Below are positions 31,259 to 41,063 of a stretch of 64,000 nt of DNA, one piece after another; the stretch's first letter is position 1; every line of letters starts with the position of its first letter. The notes under the pieces are model-generated. The model worked only from the letters and a program-made list of their open reading frames with translations, had not been told where the DNA came from and did no database searches. A program made the position numbers and the translations under genes. The DNA is taken from positions 1,029,121 through 1,093,120 of the forward strand of contig CP091723.1 of the NCBI GenBank assembly GCA_022009775.1, read 5' to 3'. Source of the DNA: Christensenella sp. (lineage in GTDB: Bacteria; Bacillota; Clostridia; Christensenellales; CAG-917).

Positions 31259-32743
31259 ATGATAACAATGACGTTAGCGTCGTCGGCAGCGTGGATAGTC
31301 CCCGTTGCTGTGATCGGTGCTTTGATCGTAGTAGGGGCGTTGGTGTTCTTTATCGGCGGATATATGAAAGCACCGCCGGACACTGCATACATAATTTCGG
31401 GCAGGGGCAAACGCCGTATTCTCATAGGAAAAGCAGGTTGGCGTATCCTATTTTTCGAGCGCGTGGACAAACTCTCTTTGCAAGTCATGCAAGTTGACGT
31501 AAAGACAAGCGAAGCAGTCCCGACGAACGAATTTATCAACGTCAACGTTGACGGCGTTGCAAATATCAAGATATCGTCCGACCCCGTGCTTCTCGACCGC
31601 GCGGCAGAAGCACTTTTGGGCATGGACCAAGAAGAACTCGTGAGTCTCGTCACACAGGTGCTCGAAGGCAATATGCGTGAAATCGTCGGTTCTGTCGGAC
31701 TCAAAGAAATGGTTCAGGACCGTCAGGGAGTTGCAAAGAAAATTACTGAAAACGTCGTTCCCGATATGGAAAAACTCGGCATCGAAGTGGTGAATTTCAA
31801 CATTCAGAACTTCAAAGACAATGCCGGCACGATTGAAAACATGGGTATCGACAACGTCGAGCAAATCCGCAAAAACGCACAAATTGCAAAAGCGAACGCA
31901 CAGCGCGACATCGCAATCGCAACCGCTCACGCCGAAGAAGAAGCAAACGCCGTGAAGGTGGAGACGCAAAAGAAGATTGCAGAACAGAATGCGGAACTCA
32001 CCGTTCAGAAAGCGGAAATGCAAATCAAAGCGGACAACAAACGCGCAGAAGCGGACGCGGCGTATTCTATTCAACAAGAGACGCAGCGCAAGACGATTGA
32101 AATCACAGCCGCAAACGCTAATATCGCAAAGAAAGAGAAAGAAGCGGAAATCGCAGAGCGCGAGATTTCGATCAAGGAAAAACAACTCGACGCCGAAATC
32201 AGAAAACAAGCGGACGCTATGCTTTACAAGACCGAAAAGGAAGCGGAAGCAGAACTTATTCGCCGCCAGAAAATAGCGGAAGCGCAAAAGTTTGAACAAA
32301 TCAAGGCGGCAGAAGCAAAGAAATACGAAGCAATGCAGGAAGCGGAAGCAAAAAGGCTATCGCCGATGCGCAACGCTACGCAATGGAGCAGGAAGCGGCA
32401 GGTATCAAAGCCAAGGGTGAAGCGGAAGCAAACGCAATCGACAAAAAGGGCTCTTGCGCAAAAGAAGATGGGCGAAGCGTCCGTCATCGAAATGTACTTG
32501 CAGGCACTTCCCGAAGTCGTCAAATCCGCCGCTATGCCGCTTGCTCAAACGGACAAAATCGTCATGTACGGAGACGGAAATTCCACGAAACTCATCAAGG
32601 ACGTCATGCAGGGTGCAAATCAGGTCATTGACGGCATGAAAGAGTCTACGGGTATCGATCTCGGCGCACTTTTGGCAGGCGCAATCGCAGGCAAAGCGGC
32701 GGCATCACCAAAAGCAAGCGACAATTCCGACAAAGCGGAATAA
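31259..32743 (+). CDS. Flotillin / SPFH-domain protein (FloT/YuaG-like)
   Basis: 494 aa with an N-terminal TM segment, an SPFH domain and E/A/K-rich coiled-coil repeats. Between ~32350 and ~32450 the flotillin-like sequence (AIADAQRYAMEQEAAGIKAKGEAEANAIDKKG) lies in another frame. This indicates two compensating indels at A-runs. Confidence 0.85.
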   Translation: MITMTLASSAAWIVPVAVIGALIVVGALVFFIGGYMKAPPDTAYIISGRGKRRILIGKAGWRILFFERVDKLSLQVMQVDVKTSEAVPTNEFINVNVDGVANIKISSDPVLLDRAAEALLGMDQEELVSLVTQVLEGNMREIVGSVGLKEMVQDRQGVAKKITENVVPDMEKLGIEVVNFNIQNFKDNAGTIENMGIDNVEQIRKNAQIAKANAQRDIAIATAHAEEEANAVKVETQKKIAEQNAELTVQKAEMQIKADNKRAEADAAYSIQQETQRKTIEITAANANIAKKEKEAEIAEREISIKEKQLDAEIRKQADAMLYKTEKEAEAELIRRQKIAEAQKFEQIKAAEAKKYEAMQEAEAKRLSPMRNATQWSRKRQVSKPRVKRKQTQSTKRALAQKKMGEASVIEMYLQALPEVVKSAAMPLAQTDKIVMYGDGNSTKLIKDVMQGANQVIDGMKESTGIDLGALLAGAIAGKAAASPKASDNSDKAE

Positions 32744-32777
32744 CAAAAATGCCGAATTCAAATTCGAACAAAGAAAA

Positions 32778-32806
32778 AAGCCTTGACTTCGGTCAGGGCT
32801 TTTATT
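32778..32806. terminator. Bidirectional intrinsic terminator
   Basis: AAAAAAGCCTTGAC TTCG GTCAGGGCTTTTATTT, lying between convergent genes. Confidence 0.75.
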
Positions 32807-32898
32807 TCAAAAATTGCCGTTCATCGTATCGATTTTTAAGGATAAAACGTTTGTTTTGCCGTTATGACGTTTATGTAAATTCGCTTTTGTTGATAAAA

Positions 32899-33186
32899 TC
32901 AACCGTACATAGAAACGTAAACGTCGTGGGCGGCTGCAAGCGATTTGTAGGGAATATAAATCTTCTGCGACGAGTTTGCTCTCGTCGTGAGACTGAACCC
33001 GGACGGAATTGAGAAAGCGTCGATTCTTTGAGAGTTCAACGCTTCAAGAAACATCGTTGCGTGAAAATTGCCGAGTTCCACGAAAAAACACAAGTCGTCG
33101 TCGTTGACTTCGCGCAATTTTCTTTTGCCGCAATATACGCAGTTGTTCTTTTCGTTTACGTTTTTACACTTTTCGCAATAATACAT
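32899..33186 (-). CDS. Hypothetical small protein with N-terminal CxxC...CxxC zinc ribbon
   Basis: 95 aa starting MYYCEKCKNVNEKNNCVYCGKRKL. No family recognised. Supported mainly by its isolated position and ORF length. Confidence 0.5.
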   Translation of the reverse strand: MYYCEKCKNVNEKNNCVYCGKRKLREVNDDDLCFFVELGNFHATMFLEALNSQRIDAFSIPSGFSLTTRANSSQKIYIPYKSLAAAHDVYVSMYG

Positions 33187-33431
33187 ATCGATAACCTTCC
33201 ATTAAATATATGTTAGCACATAAAGCGATTTTTTTCAAGGGGGGGAACGACACTCGTTTTCGGTTTTGAATGATTAAATTGCGATTAAATTAAAATATTG
33301 ATAAAATTTTACTTTTATTTGGCGAAAAATAATGTATAATGATAATAGGAATGTTTGCATTCCTTGCACAATATAGTAAAAAATCGTCTGCATTGCAGAT
33401 TCAAAATTTTATTTTAAGGAGATATGATATT

Positions 33432-35036
33432 ATGAAAAATATCGACTTGACAAAGTACGGCATCAGCGGCACGACGGAAATCGTGTACAATCCGTCTTAC
33501 GACCTTCTCTTCAAAGAAGAGACCAACCCCGCACTCACAGGTTATGAAAAAGGTCAAGTGAGCGAACTCGGCGCAGTCAACGTCATGACGGGTATTTACA
33601 CCGGTCGTTCGCCCAAGGACAAATTCATCGTCGTGGACGAAAACTCCAAGGACACGGTGTGGTGGACTTCCGAAGGCTACAAGAACGACAACCATCCGGC
33701 AAGCCAAGAAGCGTGGAAAGCGGTGAAGGACATCGCAGTCAAAGAACTTTCAAACAAGAAACTCTATGTTGTCGACGCATTCTGCGGCGCAAACAAAGAC
33801 ACGCGTATGGCAATCCGTTTCATCGTGGAAGTCGCATGGCAAGCACACTTTGTCACCAACATGTTCATCAAGCCGACTGCGGAAGAACTTGAAAACTTCG
33901 AGCCCGATTTTGTCGTATACAACGCGTCCAAGGCAAAAGTGGAAAACTACAAAGAACTCGGTCTCAACTCCGAGACGGCTGTCGTTTTCAACATCACGAG
34001 CCGTGAGCAAGTCATCATCAACACCTGGTATGGCGGCGAAATGAAGAAGGGTATGTTCTCGATGATGAACTACTATCTCCCGCTCAAAGGTATCGCATCT
34101 ATGCACTGCTCGGCAAACACCGATATGGAAGGCAAGAACACCGCGATTTTCTTCGGACTTTCCGGCACGGGCAAAACCACTCTTTCCACCGATCCCAAGC
34201 GTCTTCTCATCGGCGACGACGAGCACGGCTGGGACGACAACGGCGTGTTCAACTTCGAGGGTGGCTGCTATGCAAAGGTTATCAACCTCGACAAAGAATC
34301 CGAACCCGACATCTACAACGCGATCAGACGCGACGCATTGCTTGAAAACGTCACTCTCGACGAAAACGGCAAGATCGATTTCGCTGACAAGTCCGTCACG
34401 GAAAACACTCGTGTTTCCTATCCTATCGATCACATCAAAAACATCGTGCGCCCCGTCTCCGCAGCACCCGCGGCAAAGAACGTCATCTTCTTGTCCGCAG
34501 ACGCATTCGGAGTGTTGCCCCCGGTGTCCATTCTCACTCCCGAGCAAACTCAATACTACTTCTTGTCCGGTTTCACCGCAAAACTCGCAGGCACGGAGCG
34601 TGGCATAACCGAGCCTACGCCGACCTTCTCGGCATGCTTCGGTCAAGCATTCCTTGAACTCCATCCCACCAAATATGCGGAAGAGCTCGTCAAGAAAATG
34701 CAAAAGAGCGGTGCAAAGGCATACCTTGTCAACACCGGTTGGAACGGCACGGGCAAGCGTATCTCCATCAAGGACACTCGCGGCATTATCGACGCAATTC
34801 TCAACGGTGACATCGACAAAGCACCCACAAAGACCATTCCGTTCTTCAACTTTGAAGTGCCCACCGAGCTCAACGGCGTTGCAACCGAGATTCTCGATCC
34901 GCGTGACACCTACGCAAACGTCGAAGATTGGAACAAGAAAGCGGAAGATCTCGCAGGTAGATTTATCAAGAACTTTGCAAAATACGAGACCAACCCCGCA
35001 GGCAAGGCTCTTGTCGCAGCAGGTCCGCAACTCTGA
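33432..35036 (+). CDS. pckA: Phosphoenolpyruvate carboxykinase (ATP)
   Basis: Start ATG 33432 follows AAGGAG. Motifs [21 protein letters not shown] and [14 protein letters not shown]. Confidence 0.95.
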   Translation: MKNIDLTKYGISGTTEIVYNPSYDLLFKEETNPALTGYEKGQVSELGAVNVMTGIYTGRSPKDKFIVVDENSKDTVWWTSEGYKNDNHPASQEAWKAVKDIAVKELSNKKLYVVDAFCGANKDTRMAIRFIVEVAWQAHFVTNMFIKPTAEELENFEPDFVVYNASKAKVENYKELGLNSETAVVFNITSREQVIINTWYGGEMKKGMFSMMNYYLPLKGIASMHCSANTDMEGKNTAIFFGLSGTGKTTLSTDPKRLLIGDDEHGWDDNGVFNFEGGCYAKVINLDKESEPDIYNAIRRDALLENVTLDENGKIDFADKSVTENTRVSYPIDHIKNIVRPVSAAPAAKNVIFLSADAFGVLPPVSILTPEQTQYYFLSGFTAKLAGTERGITEPTPTFSACFGQAFLELHPTKYAEELVKKMQKSGAKAYLVNTGWNGTGKRISIKDTRGIIDAILNGDIDKAPTKTIPFFNFEVPTELNGVATEILDPRDTYANVEDWNKKAEDLAGRFIKNFAKYETNPAGKALVAAGPQL

Positions 35037-35100
35037 TTTCTGCATCGAACGTATCGCTTGAAAAAGTAGCGAAAACGGCAATTCAACCGATTAGAACATC

Positions 35101-35131
35101 AAAAAGGCTTTCCTTTCGGAAAGCCTTTTTT
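35101..35131. terminator. Bidirectional intrinsic terminator
   Basis: AAAAAGGCTTTCC TTTC GGAAAGCCTTTTTT, lying between convergent pckA and the YbjN-like gene. Confidence 0.85.
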
Positions 35132-35193
35132 GTGTGATTTGTAAGTTTTGGTTATTTGAATCGATTGTGTTTTTGTGTTTTGTGAGAAAAAAA

Positions 35194-35670
35194 TCAATCG
35201 TCTTCAAAAAGATAGAGATATTCAGCAAGCGACAGTTCGCCTTTTGCAAGAAGGTCGAGCTTTTTGTCGTAGAGCGCACACGCGCTGTATGCGCGATGCA
35301 CCATATACAAAAACACGTCGGGGGAGATTATGCTGCCTGCAAAACTTGCGGATATTCTGAAAACCACCGATCCCGTTTCGTAGTCAAAATCGAATCCGCC
35401 CGCAACAAGATTGCAATTTGTCGAGCAAGTTGCGATTGCACCGTCAATGCGACGTTCTTGCGGAAATGTGATCGAATAGCCGGCGATCATGCGTATAAGT
35501 CGGCGTTCGGCGTCTATGACGACGGAAAACACTATGGGTGTATCGTCCGTTTCGATTTGAAAAGCGACTTTCAAGTTTTCGGGTCGCAAAAAAACGTAAT
35601 CTTTGCTTTTTAGCGTCGAGATGATCATATCGTACACGTTTTGAGCGATTTTGTTGTCCGGTTTTTCCAT
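35194..35670 (-). CDS. YbjN-like (type III secretion chaperone-fold) domain protein, paralog 2
   Basis: 158 aa. Clearly paralogous to the upstream 159 aa ORF, sharing the pattern L.V...I...D.P....V..D.ER..I........F.VP..RR......A...IN..L..G.FDFD...G...FR. Confidence 0.55.
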   Translation of the reverse strand: MEKPDNKIAQNVYDMIISTLKSKDYVFLRPENLKVAFQIETDDTPIVFSVVIDAERRLIRMIAGYSITFPQERRIDGAIATCSTNCNLVAGGFDFDYETGSVVFRISASFAGSIISPDVFLYMVHRAYSACALYDKKLDLLAKGELSLAEYLYLFEDD

Positions 35671-35679
35671 ATCTACTCC

Positions 35680-36159
35680 TTAGCGCAAGCATTTCAGCGC
35701 GTCTTCGATGCCCGTTTCGCTTTTTGAGATGAAGAGCAACTTGTCGTTGTATTCGTCAACGGCGTCGAATATGGTGGCAATCAGATATTCAAATGCCTGC
35801 TTATCGATTATGCTGTTTGCAAAACTCAGGAAAATCCTGAAATTTATATTGCCGGTGTGAAAGTCAAAGTCAAAGTGACCGTCGAGAAGGTAGGCGTTTA
35901 TCTCGCTCACTGCGACGGCGATGACATCTCGTCTTTCCGTTGGGACGGTGAAGGGGAGCGGGGATAGGACAAGCACGATCATTTCGCGTTCGTTGACCAC
36001 CGCGTTGACGGCAACGGGCAAATCGTCGCCCTGCAAAATACAGTTGACGGCAAGTCGGTCTTTGTTTTTTGTGTATTTAACGCCTTTTTCGTCAAGAAGT
36101 TCGCAAAAAGCCTTAAAAACGTTTTTTGCGAGTTTCTTTTGTTTGAAATTTATTTTCAT
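35680..36159 (-). CDS. YbjN-like domain protein, paralog 1
   Basis: 159 aa, including ...RLAVNCILQGDDLPVAVNAVVNEREMIVLVLSPLPFTVPTERRDVIAVAVSEINAYLLDGHFDFDFHTGNINFRI. The family assignment comes from my recollection of the YbjN pattern. Confidence 0.55.
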   Translation of the reverse strand: MKINFKQKKLAKNVFKAFCELLDEKGVKYTKNKDRLAVNCILQGDDLPVAVNAVVNEREMIVLVLSPLPFTVPTERRDVIAVAVSEINAYLLDGHFDFDFHTGNINFRIFLSFANSIIDKQAFEYLIATIFDAVDEYNDKLLFISKSETGIEDALKCLR

Positions 36160-36175
36160 AATTTGCTCCGTATCG

Positions 36176-37908
36176 TCAAAAACCGAGTTTTATTTTCTTT
36201 TCGATTTGGAAAGAGAAGTCTTTTTCGCTCGCCGCGTTGTTGAAGTCTACGGCGCAAAGCGTCACGGTTTTTTGACTTTCGAGTTGACTTCTCATAGCCG
36301 CTTTCGCCCACGTTCTTTCAAAAAGATTTCGCACGAAGCGCGCGTTGCTGAATTTCTTTGAGTTCAGAACGTCGTCTGACAGGTTTTCAAAGTATTTTTG
36401 AACGATAGGGTACAAGTCGTCTGCGATTTTGAATTTTTTCGACGACATCGATTTGTATATCTCGAAGAGCTGCTCGCGCGTGAAGTTTGGAAACTCGATC
36501 GTGTAGGGCATTCTGCTTTTTAAGCCCCTGTTGGCGTCCATGAGCTTTTCCATATCGTCGGTGTAGCCTGCCATTATGACTACGAGATCGTCTTTGTGGT
36601 TTTCCATCTCGGATATGAGCGTGTCGATTGCCTCAACGCCGTAGTCGCGCATGTTGTCGTCTCCGCGATAGAGAGAGTACGCCTCGTCGATAAAAAGCAC
36701 CGATCCGTATGCATCGCGGCACATTCCTGACGTTTTGGGCGCGGTTTCTCCGATGTATTGACCGCAGAAATCTCTGCCTTTGTATTCGTATAGATTGCCT
36801 ATGCGCAGCACGCCTTTTTCTTTGAGAATCTTGCCGAGTATTCTCGCAACGGTGGTTTTGCCCGTGCCGGGATTTCCGACAAAGCGCATGTGTAGGCAAG
36901 GGCGGTCAGGTCCGTTTTCCGCCTTGGACAAGCGTATTTGCGCAATGATTTCTTCAATTTGAGCTTTGATTTTTTCGCACCCGACAAGTTGGTCGAGTTG
37001 CGCCATGCCTTCCGATTCGTCTGCAAGAGTGTCGCATATCTTCTTTGCGTCGTTCGTTCCTATGAGCGATGCGTTCTTTGCGCCGTTTGCCACGGCAACG
37101 TATTTTTGTATACGGATTCTTTTACGACTTTCTTTATGGTGTTCAATCCGTAAAATTTGCCGTCGCTTTTTTCCTTGGCGATACGCTTGAAGAAATACTC
37201 CCACGCATTGTCCGACATTTTCATGCCGTATTTTTCAAAGTCGCGTTTTGCGATTTCTTTCGTTTCGGCACGGTCAAAGGGCGGAAAAGACAAAGTCTTG
37301 ATATAAGCCACGTCTTTGAGCGAGTTTTCCACGCGACCGAGCACGTCCTTGTCAACAAAAGGCACTCTGAACACGATGACGTGATTTTCGCTTGCCTTTT
37401 GCACGTCTTTGAGCAACTTTTTGAAGTCTTCGGAGTCGGTCTTGTCAATCCACTTGCTTATATCGAAGCATATCACGCTAGCCTCGTCGTTTTCGATTTT
37501 TCCGATGACGTCGCTTGCGTCGTTCAAATCGTCTTTGGGCTTGTCCGTCATCTTGATTTTGTATTCTTTGACGGGTGCGATAGGTGTCATTTTGGCAAGC
37601 GACAGATCGTTTATGGCAAGCGCAAGTATTTCAAGATATGTTGTCAGTCCGCATCCGTCACCGACAGAGAAGAGATAGCTTTGGGACATAAACACGTCTT
37701 GCGCATTGTTTTTGACCACTTCGGGTGCAATCGCCACAAGTTCTTTTATAAGGCTTTTGAATTCTTGCGCGCCGACAAGCGTGTTGACAAGCTCGAGCGT
37801 GTCGTCAATTGTGTGCGGATCTTGCGACTTGCCGCTGTTGTCGGAATCTTTGTTTTTTGACTCGTCGTTTTCAACGTCCGTATTTGGCTCGCAATCGGAA
37901 AAACTCAA
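36176..37908 (-). CDS. Tandem AAA+ ATPase: degenerate N-terminal AAA-like domain plus CbbX/SpoVK/EccA-type AAA domain (frame broken at a homopolymer)
   Basis: ORFs 37060-37908 and 36176-37204 overlap by 145 nt. They join as ...KKVVKESVYK|KYVAVANGAKNAS... if the A5 run (plus-strand T5 at 37103-37107) gains 1 nt. The C-terminal domain has Walker A GNPGTGKTTVARILGKIL and Walker B VLFIDEAYSL, followed by LVVIMAGY. The N-terminal domain has degenerate equivalents (GDGCGLTT, VICFDISKW). Confidence 0.75.
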
Positions 37909-38141
37909 TGCCGAAAGATTTGTCTTTCCGTATTTTTGCGCAAAGAACGTCGAAATTTTGTTTTTGTTTTTTCGTAGTCGTTTTCGTCGACCGCAAGCGT
38001 CAGGTGAAGATAAGATTCGTTGATTTTTTCGATTTTGCCTTTCACAAACCTGTCTTTCAGCACTTCGACGGGGTATTTTGCGTCGTCAATGCGAGTCAGC
38101 ACCCAGTTGTAGTCGAGTTCTATACGCAACGTTTTTTTCAT
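37905..38141 (-). CDS. Small ORF, possibly the true N-terminus of the AAA+ protein
   Basis: 78 aa. Its stop overlaps the TTG start of the next ORF (TTGA). The downstream frame is open through the A-rich tract (plus-strand T-runs at 37956-37972), so a single homopolymer indel would fuse the two. Confidence 0.45.
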   Translation of the reverse strand: MKKTLRIELDYNWVLTRIDDAKYPVEVLKDRFVKGKIEKINESYLHLTLAVDENDYEKTKTKFRRSLRKNTERQIFRH

Positions 38142-38172
38142 AGTTTACCTTTCAAAAATTTTGATATAAAAC

Positions 38173-38202
38173 ATTATACAATACGATTGCCGACTTTTAC
38201 AA
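38173..38202 (-). promoter_or_regulatory. Putative promoter of the AAA+/YbjN operon
   Basis: Minus-strand TTGTAA (38202-38197), 18 nt spacer, TATAAT (38178-38173). Confidence 0.4.
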
Positions 38203-38312
38203 TATTTTTTTATTGAGAATTTTGCTTTTAGAAATAATGCGCCTTACGGCTGGATGTTTTGATTGCGCTTAGGATGACACGGAGAATTTTGAATTTTACC
38301 GATTATTTCAAA

Positions 38313-38878
38313 TCGGGTGTGGGTGTCCCGCCCGCTTGAATATACCAAGCCGACAATCTTGCGAAATTGTGGCAGGAGTTTTTGTCCGTGATTGAACTGA
38401 TAGCAAAGATTTTCGGCGCGGTTAGAAGAACAAAAGCCTAATGCGGCTCTCAGCGTTGCTTGCTTTCAAGCGATGCCGTTGCCGCAATGACGGCTTTTGT
38501 TCGGGTGTGGGTGTCCCACCCAATCGAAAGTACCAAGCCGACAATCTTGCGAAATTGCGGCAGGAGTTTTTATCCGTGACCAGACTGATAGCAAAGATTT
38601 TCGGCGCGATAGTGGCGGCAAAACCTAGTTTGGCTCTCCGCAATGGGCAGGTGATTGCCCGTTGCGGTTGCCAAAACAACGGCATAAAATCGGGTGTGGG
38701 TGTCCCGCCCGCTTGAATATACCAAGTCGACAATCTTGCGGGATTGCGACAGGAGTTTTTGCCCGTGACTGAACCGATAGCAAAGATTTTCGGCGCGGTT
38801 AGCAGAACAAAAGCCTAATGTGGCTCTCGGCGTTGCTTGCTTGTAAGCGATGCCGTTGCCACAATAACGGCTTTTGTT
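38313..38878 (+). repeat. Tandem array of three ~189 bp units (starts 38313, 38501, 38690), each with four conserved hairpins and an SD-preceded mini-ORF
   Basis: Units share TCGGGTGTGGGTGTCCC...ACCAAGCCGACAATCTTGCGAAATTG.GGCAGGAGTTTTTGTCCGTGA...CTGATAGCAAAGATTTTCGGCGCG. The hairpins are kept by compensatory or G.U-compatible changes. Units 1 and 3 end in a GC stem followed by CTTTTGTT. Confidence 0.9.
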
Positions 38879-39027
38879 CGTGATACACCCAGTGCGTGGC
38901 ACGCGCGTTATTTATATATCTTAACTTATTTAGAGACAAAATTTTAACCATATATACAAGATTTTGGGGTATTTGAAAGAAAAATTGCACAAGATTAAAA
39001 AATATTTATAATTTCATAAAAATTCGC

Positions 39028-39056
39028 TTGACTTTGGTTTTCAAAAATTATATAGT
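39028..39056 (+). promoter_or_regulatory. Putative promoter of the S10 operon
   Basis: TTGACT (39028-39033), 17 nt spacer, TATAGT (39051-39056). An AT-rich UP-like region lies upstream, and a ~95 nt leader with a GC hairpin (CCGTCGC TTTG CGGCGG) lies downstream. Confidence 0.55.
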
Positions 39057-39155
39057 AAACGAGCGTGTCGAAAGGGATACGTGTTTTCCGTCGCTTTGCG
39101 GCGGGTAAAAAATATAAGACACACACGGACAAGTGTTAATATTAGGAGGCTAATA

Positions 39156-39464
39156 ATGGCTGGACAAAAGATCAGAATTAAACTTAAGGCGTATGACCAC
39201 AACCTTATCGACCTTTCTGCAGAAAAGATTGTTGAAACAGTCAAGAAGACGGGTACGAAGGTTTCCGGTCCTATCCCTCTTCCTACGGACAAGGAAGTCA
39301 TCACCATTTTGCGCGCTACTCACAAATACAAAGATAGCCGCGAACAATTTGAACTCAGAACACACAAGCGCTTGATTGATATCTACAACCCCACGAGCAA
39401 GACAGTCGATTCTTTGATGAGACTCGATTTGCCCGCAGGCGTTGACATTTCGATCAAACTCTAA
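39156..39464 (+). CDS. rpsJ: 30S ribosomal protein S10
   Basis: [19 protein letters not shown]... AGGAGG lies 6 nt upstream of ATG 39156. Confidence 0.97.
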   Translation: MAGQKIRIKLKAYDHNLIDLSAEKIVETVKKTGTKVSGPIPLPTDKEVITILRATHKYKDSREQFELRTHKRLIDIYNPTSKTVDSLMRLDLPAGVDISIKL

Positions 39465-39491
39465 GGTAAATAAAAGGAGGATGAACTTTAC

Positions 39492-40127
39492 ATGGATAAA
39501 GCAATCATCGGTAAGAAAATCGGCATGAGCCAAATCTTTACTGCAGAAGGCAAAGTGATCCCCGTCACGGTAGTTGAAGCGGGTCCCTGCCCGGTCGTGC
39601 AGATAAAGACGAAAGAGAACGATGGCTACGAAGCAATTCAAGTCGGCTTCGGCGCTATCAAAGAAACAAGAGTCAACAAACCCGTTGCCGGACACTTCAA
39701 GAAAGCGGGCGTGACTGTCAAAAAGTACCTTCGTGAATTCCGTTTCGCAAACTGCGCAAGCTTCGAGCTTGGACAGGAACTGACCTGCGACATGTTCAAA
39801 GAAGGCGACAAAGTTGACGTCACCGGCACTTCCAAAGGTCACGGATTTTCGGGTGTTATCCAAAGATGGAATTCTCAAAGAATCGGTAGCATGACACACG
39901 GTACCGGTCCTATCCACAGAAGCGTTGGTTCTATGGGCGCTTGCTCCTCTCCGTCGAGAGTGTTCAAGAACAAGCACATGGCAGGTCAATGGGGTCATGA
40001 AAAAGTGACTGTCCAAAACCTTACCGTCGCACGCGTGGACGCAGCGAGAAACCTTCTTCTCATCAAAGGCGCAGTTCCCGGTCCGAAGGGCGGAATCGTC
40101 GTGGTGAAGGAATCCATCAAGGGCTAA
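39492..40127 (+). CDS. rplC: 50S ribosomal protein L3
   Basis: 211 aa: [29 protein letters not shown]... Confidence 0.97.
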   Translation: MDKAIIGKKIGMSQIFTAEGKVIPVTVVEAGPCPVVQIKTKENDGYEAIQVGFGAIKETRVNKPVAGHFKKAGVTVKKYLREFRFANCASFELGQELTCDMFKEGDKVDVTGTSKGHGFSGVIQRWNSQRIGSMTHGTGPIHRSVGSMGACSSPSRVFKNKHMAGQWGHEKVTVQNLTVARVDAARNLLLIKGAVPGPKGGIVVVKESIKG

Positions 40128-40140
40128 GCGGAGGTAGAAT

Positions 40141-40762
40141 ATGAAACTGAATGTTTTGAATATGGCAGGCAAGAAAGCCGGCACAGTTGAAGTCAGCGAT
40201 TCCATCTTTGCACGCGAGTACAACGAAGCACTTATCCATCAAGTCGTGGTTGCTCAGCTCGCAAACAAGCGCCAAGGCACTATGAGTGCATTGACCAGAA
40301 CCGAAGTTCGCGGCGGTGGCTGCAAGCCTTATCGTCAAAAAGGAACCGGTCGCGCTCGTCAAGGCTCCATCGTTGCTCCCCAATATGTTGGCGGCGGCGT
40401 GGTGTTCGCAAAGAAGCCGAGAGATTTCTCCCAAAAGATCAACAAGAATATGAAGACTGCGGCGTTCTATTCCGCACTCTCTGAAAAACTTCGTCAAAGC
40501 GAAGTCGTGGTTCTCGACAAGTTCGCACTTGCAGAAGTGAAGACCAAACTCGTTGCAAACGCAGTGAAGGCTCTCTCTCTCAACGGCAAAACCTTGTTCG
40601 TTCTCGACGAGTACGATCAAGACGCTCTCAAAGCAAGCAAGAACATTCCGACCGTTGACGTCTGCGAAGCAAGAACGCTCAGCGTTTACGACGTGGTCGC
40701 AACCAAGAACATCGTCATCACGGTTGACGCATTGAAAAAAACTCGAGGAGGCAGCACAATGA
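40141..40762 (+). CDS. rplD: 50S ribosomal protein L4 (appears fused to L23 through an extra A in the A7 run 40735-40741)
   Basis: ORF-track ORF 40141-41049 is an L4+L23 read-through. Removing one A gives ...[12 protein letters not shown] with TGA at 40760-40762, overlapping the L23 ATG (ATGA). Confidence 0.9.
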
Positions 40763-41049
40763 CAGCATACGACATCATTATCGAGCCTATCCTTTCAGAA
40801 AAAAGTTATGACGGCATCGCTGCAAAGAGATACACGTTCAAAGTTGTGAAATCCGCAACCAAGACACAAATCAAAGCGGCAGTTGAACAAATCTTCGGCG
40901 TCAAAGTCGAAAAGGTCAACACGTCCAACTACGACGGCAAAGTCAAGAGAATGGGCAGAAACGAAGGCAGACGCTCTGCATTCAAGAAAGCCATCGTCAC
41001 TTTGACCGACGACAGCAAAGCAATCGAATTCTTCGAGAGCCTGGCATAA
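40759..41049 (+). CDS. rplW: 50S ribosomal protein L23
   Basis: [50 protein letters not shown]... Confidence 0.93.
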   Translation: MTAYDIIIEPILSEKSYDGIAAKRYTFKVVKSATKTQIKAAVEQIFGVKVEKVNTSNYDGKVKRMGRNEGRRSAFKKAIVTLTDDSKAIEFFESLA

Positions 41050-41063
41050 GGAGAGTAAGCAAT

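Noticed and set aside
38313-38878. CRISPR array
   Set aside because: The repeat period is ~189 bp, with similarity across whole units rather than 25-40 bp repeats separated by unique spacers. No cas genes are nearby.
38422-38902. ORF-track ORFs of 103, 91 and 110 aa across the tandem repeats
   Set aside because: They are artefacts of translating repeated non-coding units on both strands. Their frames are not conserved between units, and they have no SD or plausible domain content.
40141-41049. A natural L4-L23 fusion protein
   Set aside because: Removing one A from the A7 run restores a normal L4 C-terminus and an ATGA-coupled L23 start. The same kind of homopolymer break affects L2, L16 and L30, so assembly error is far more likely.
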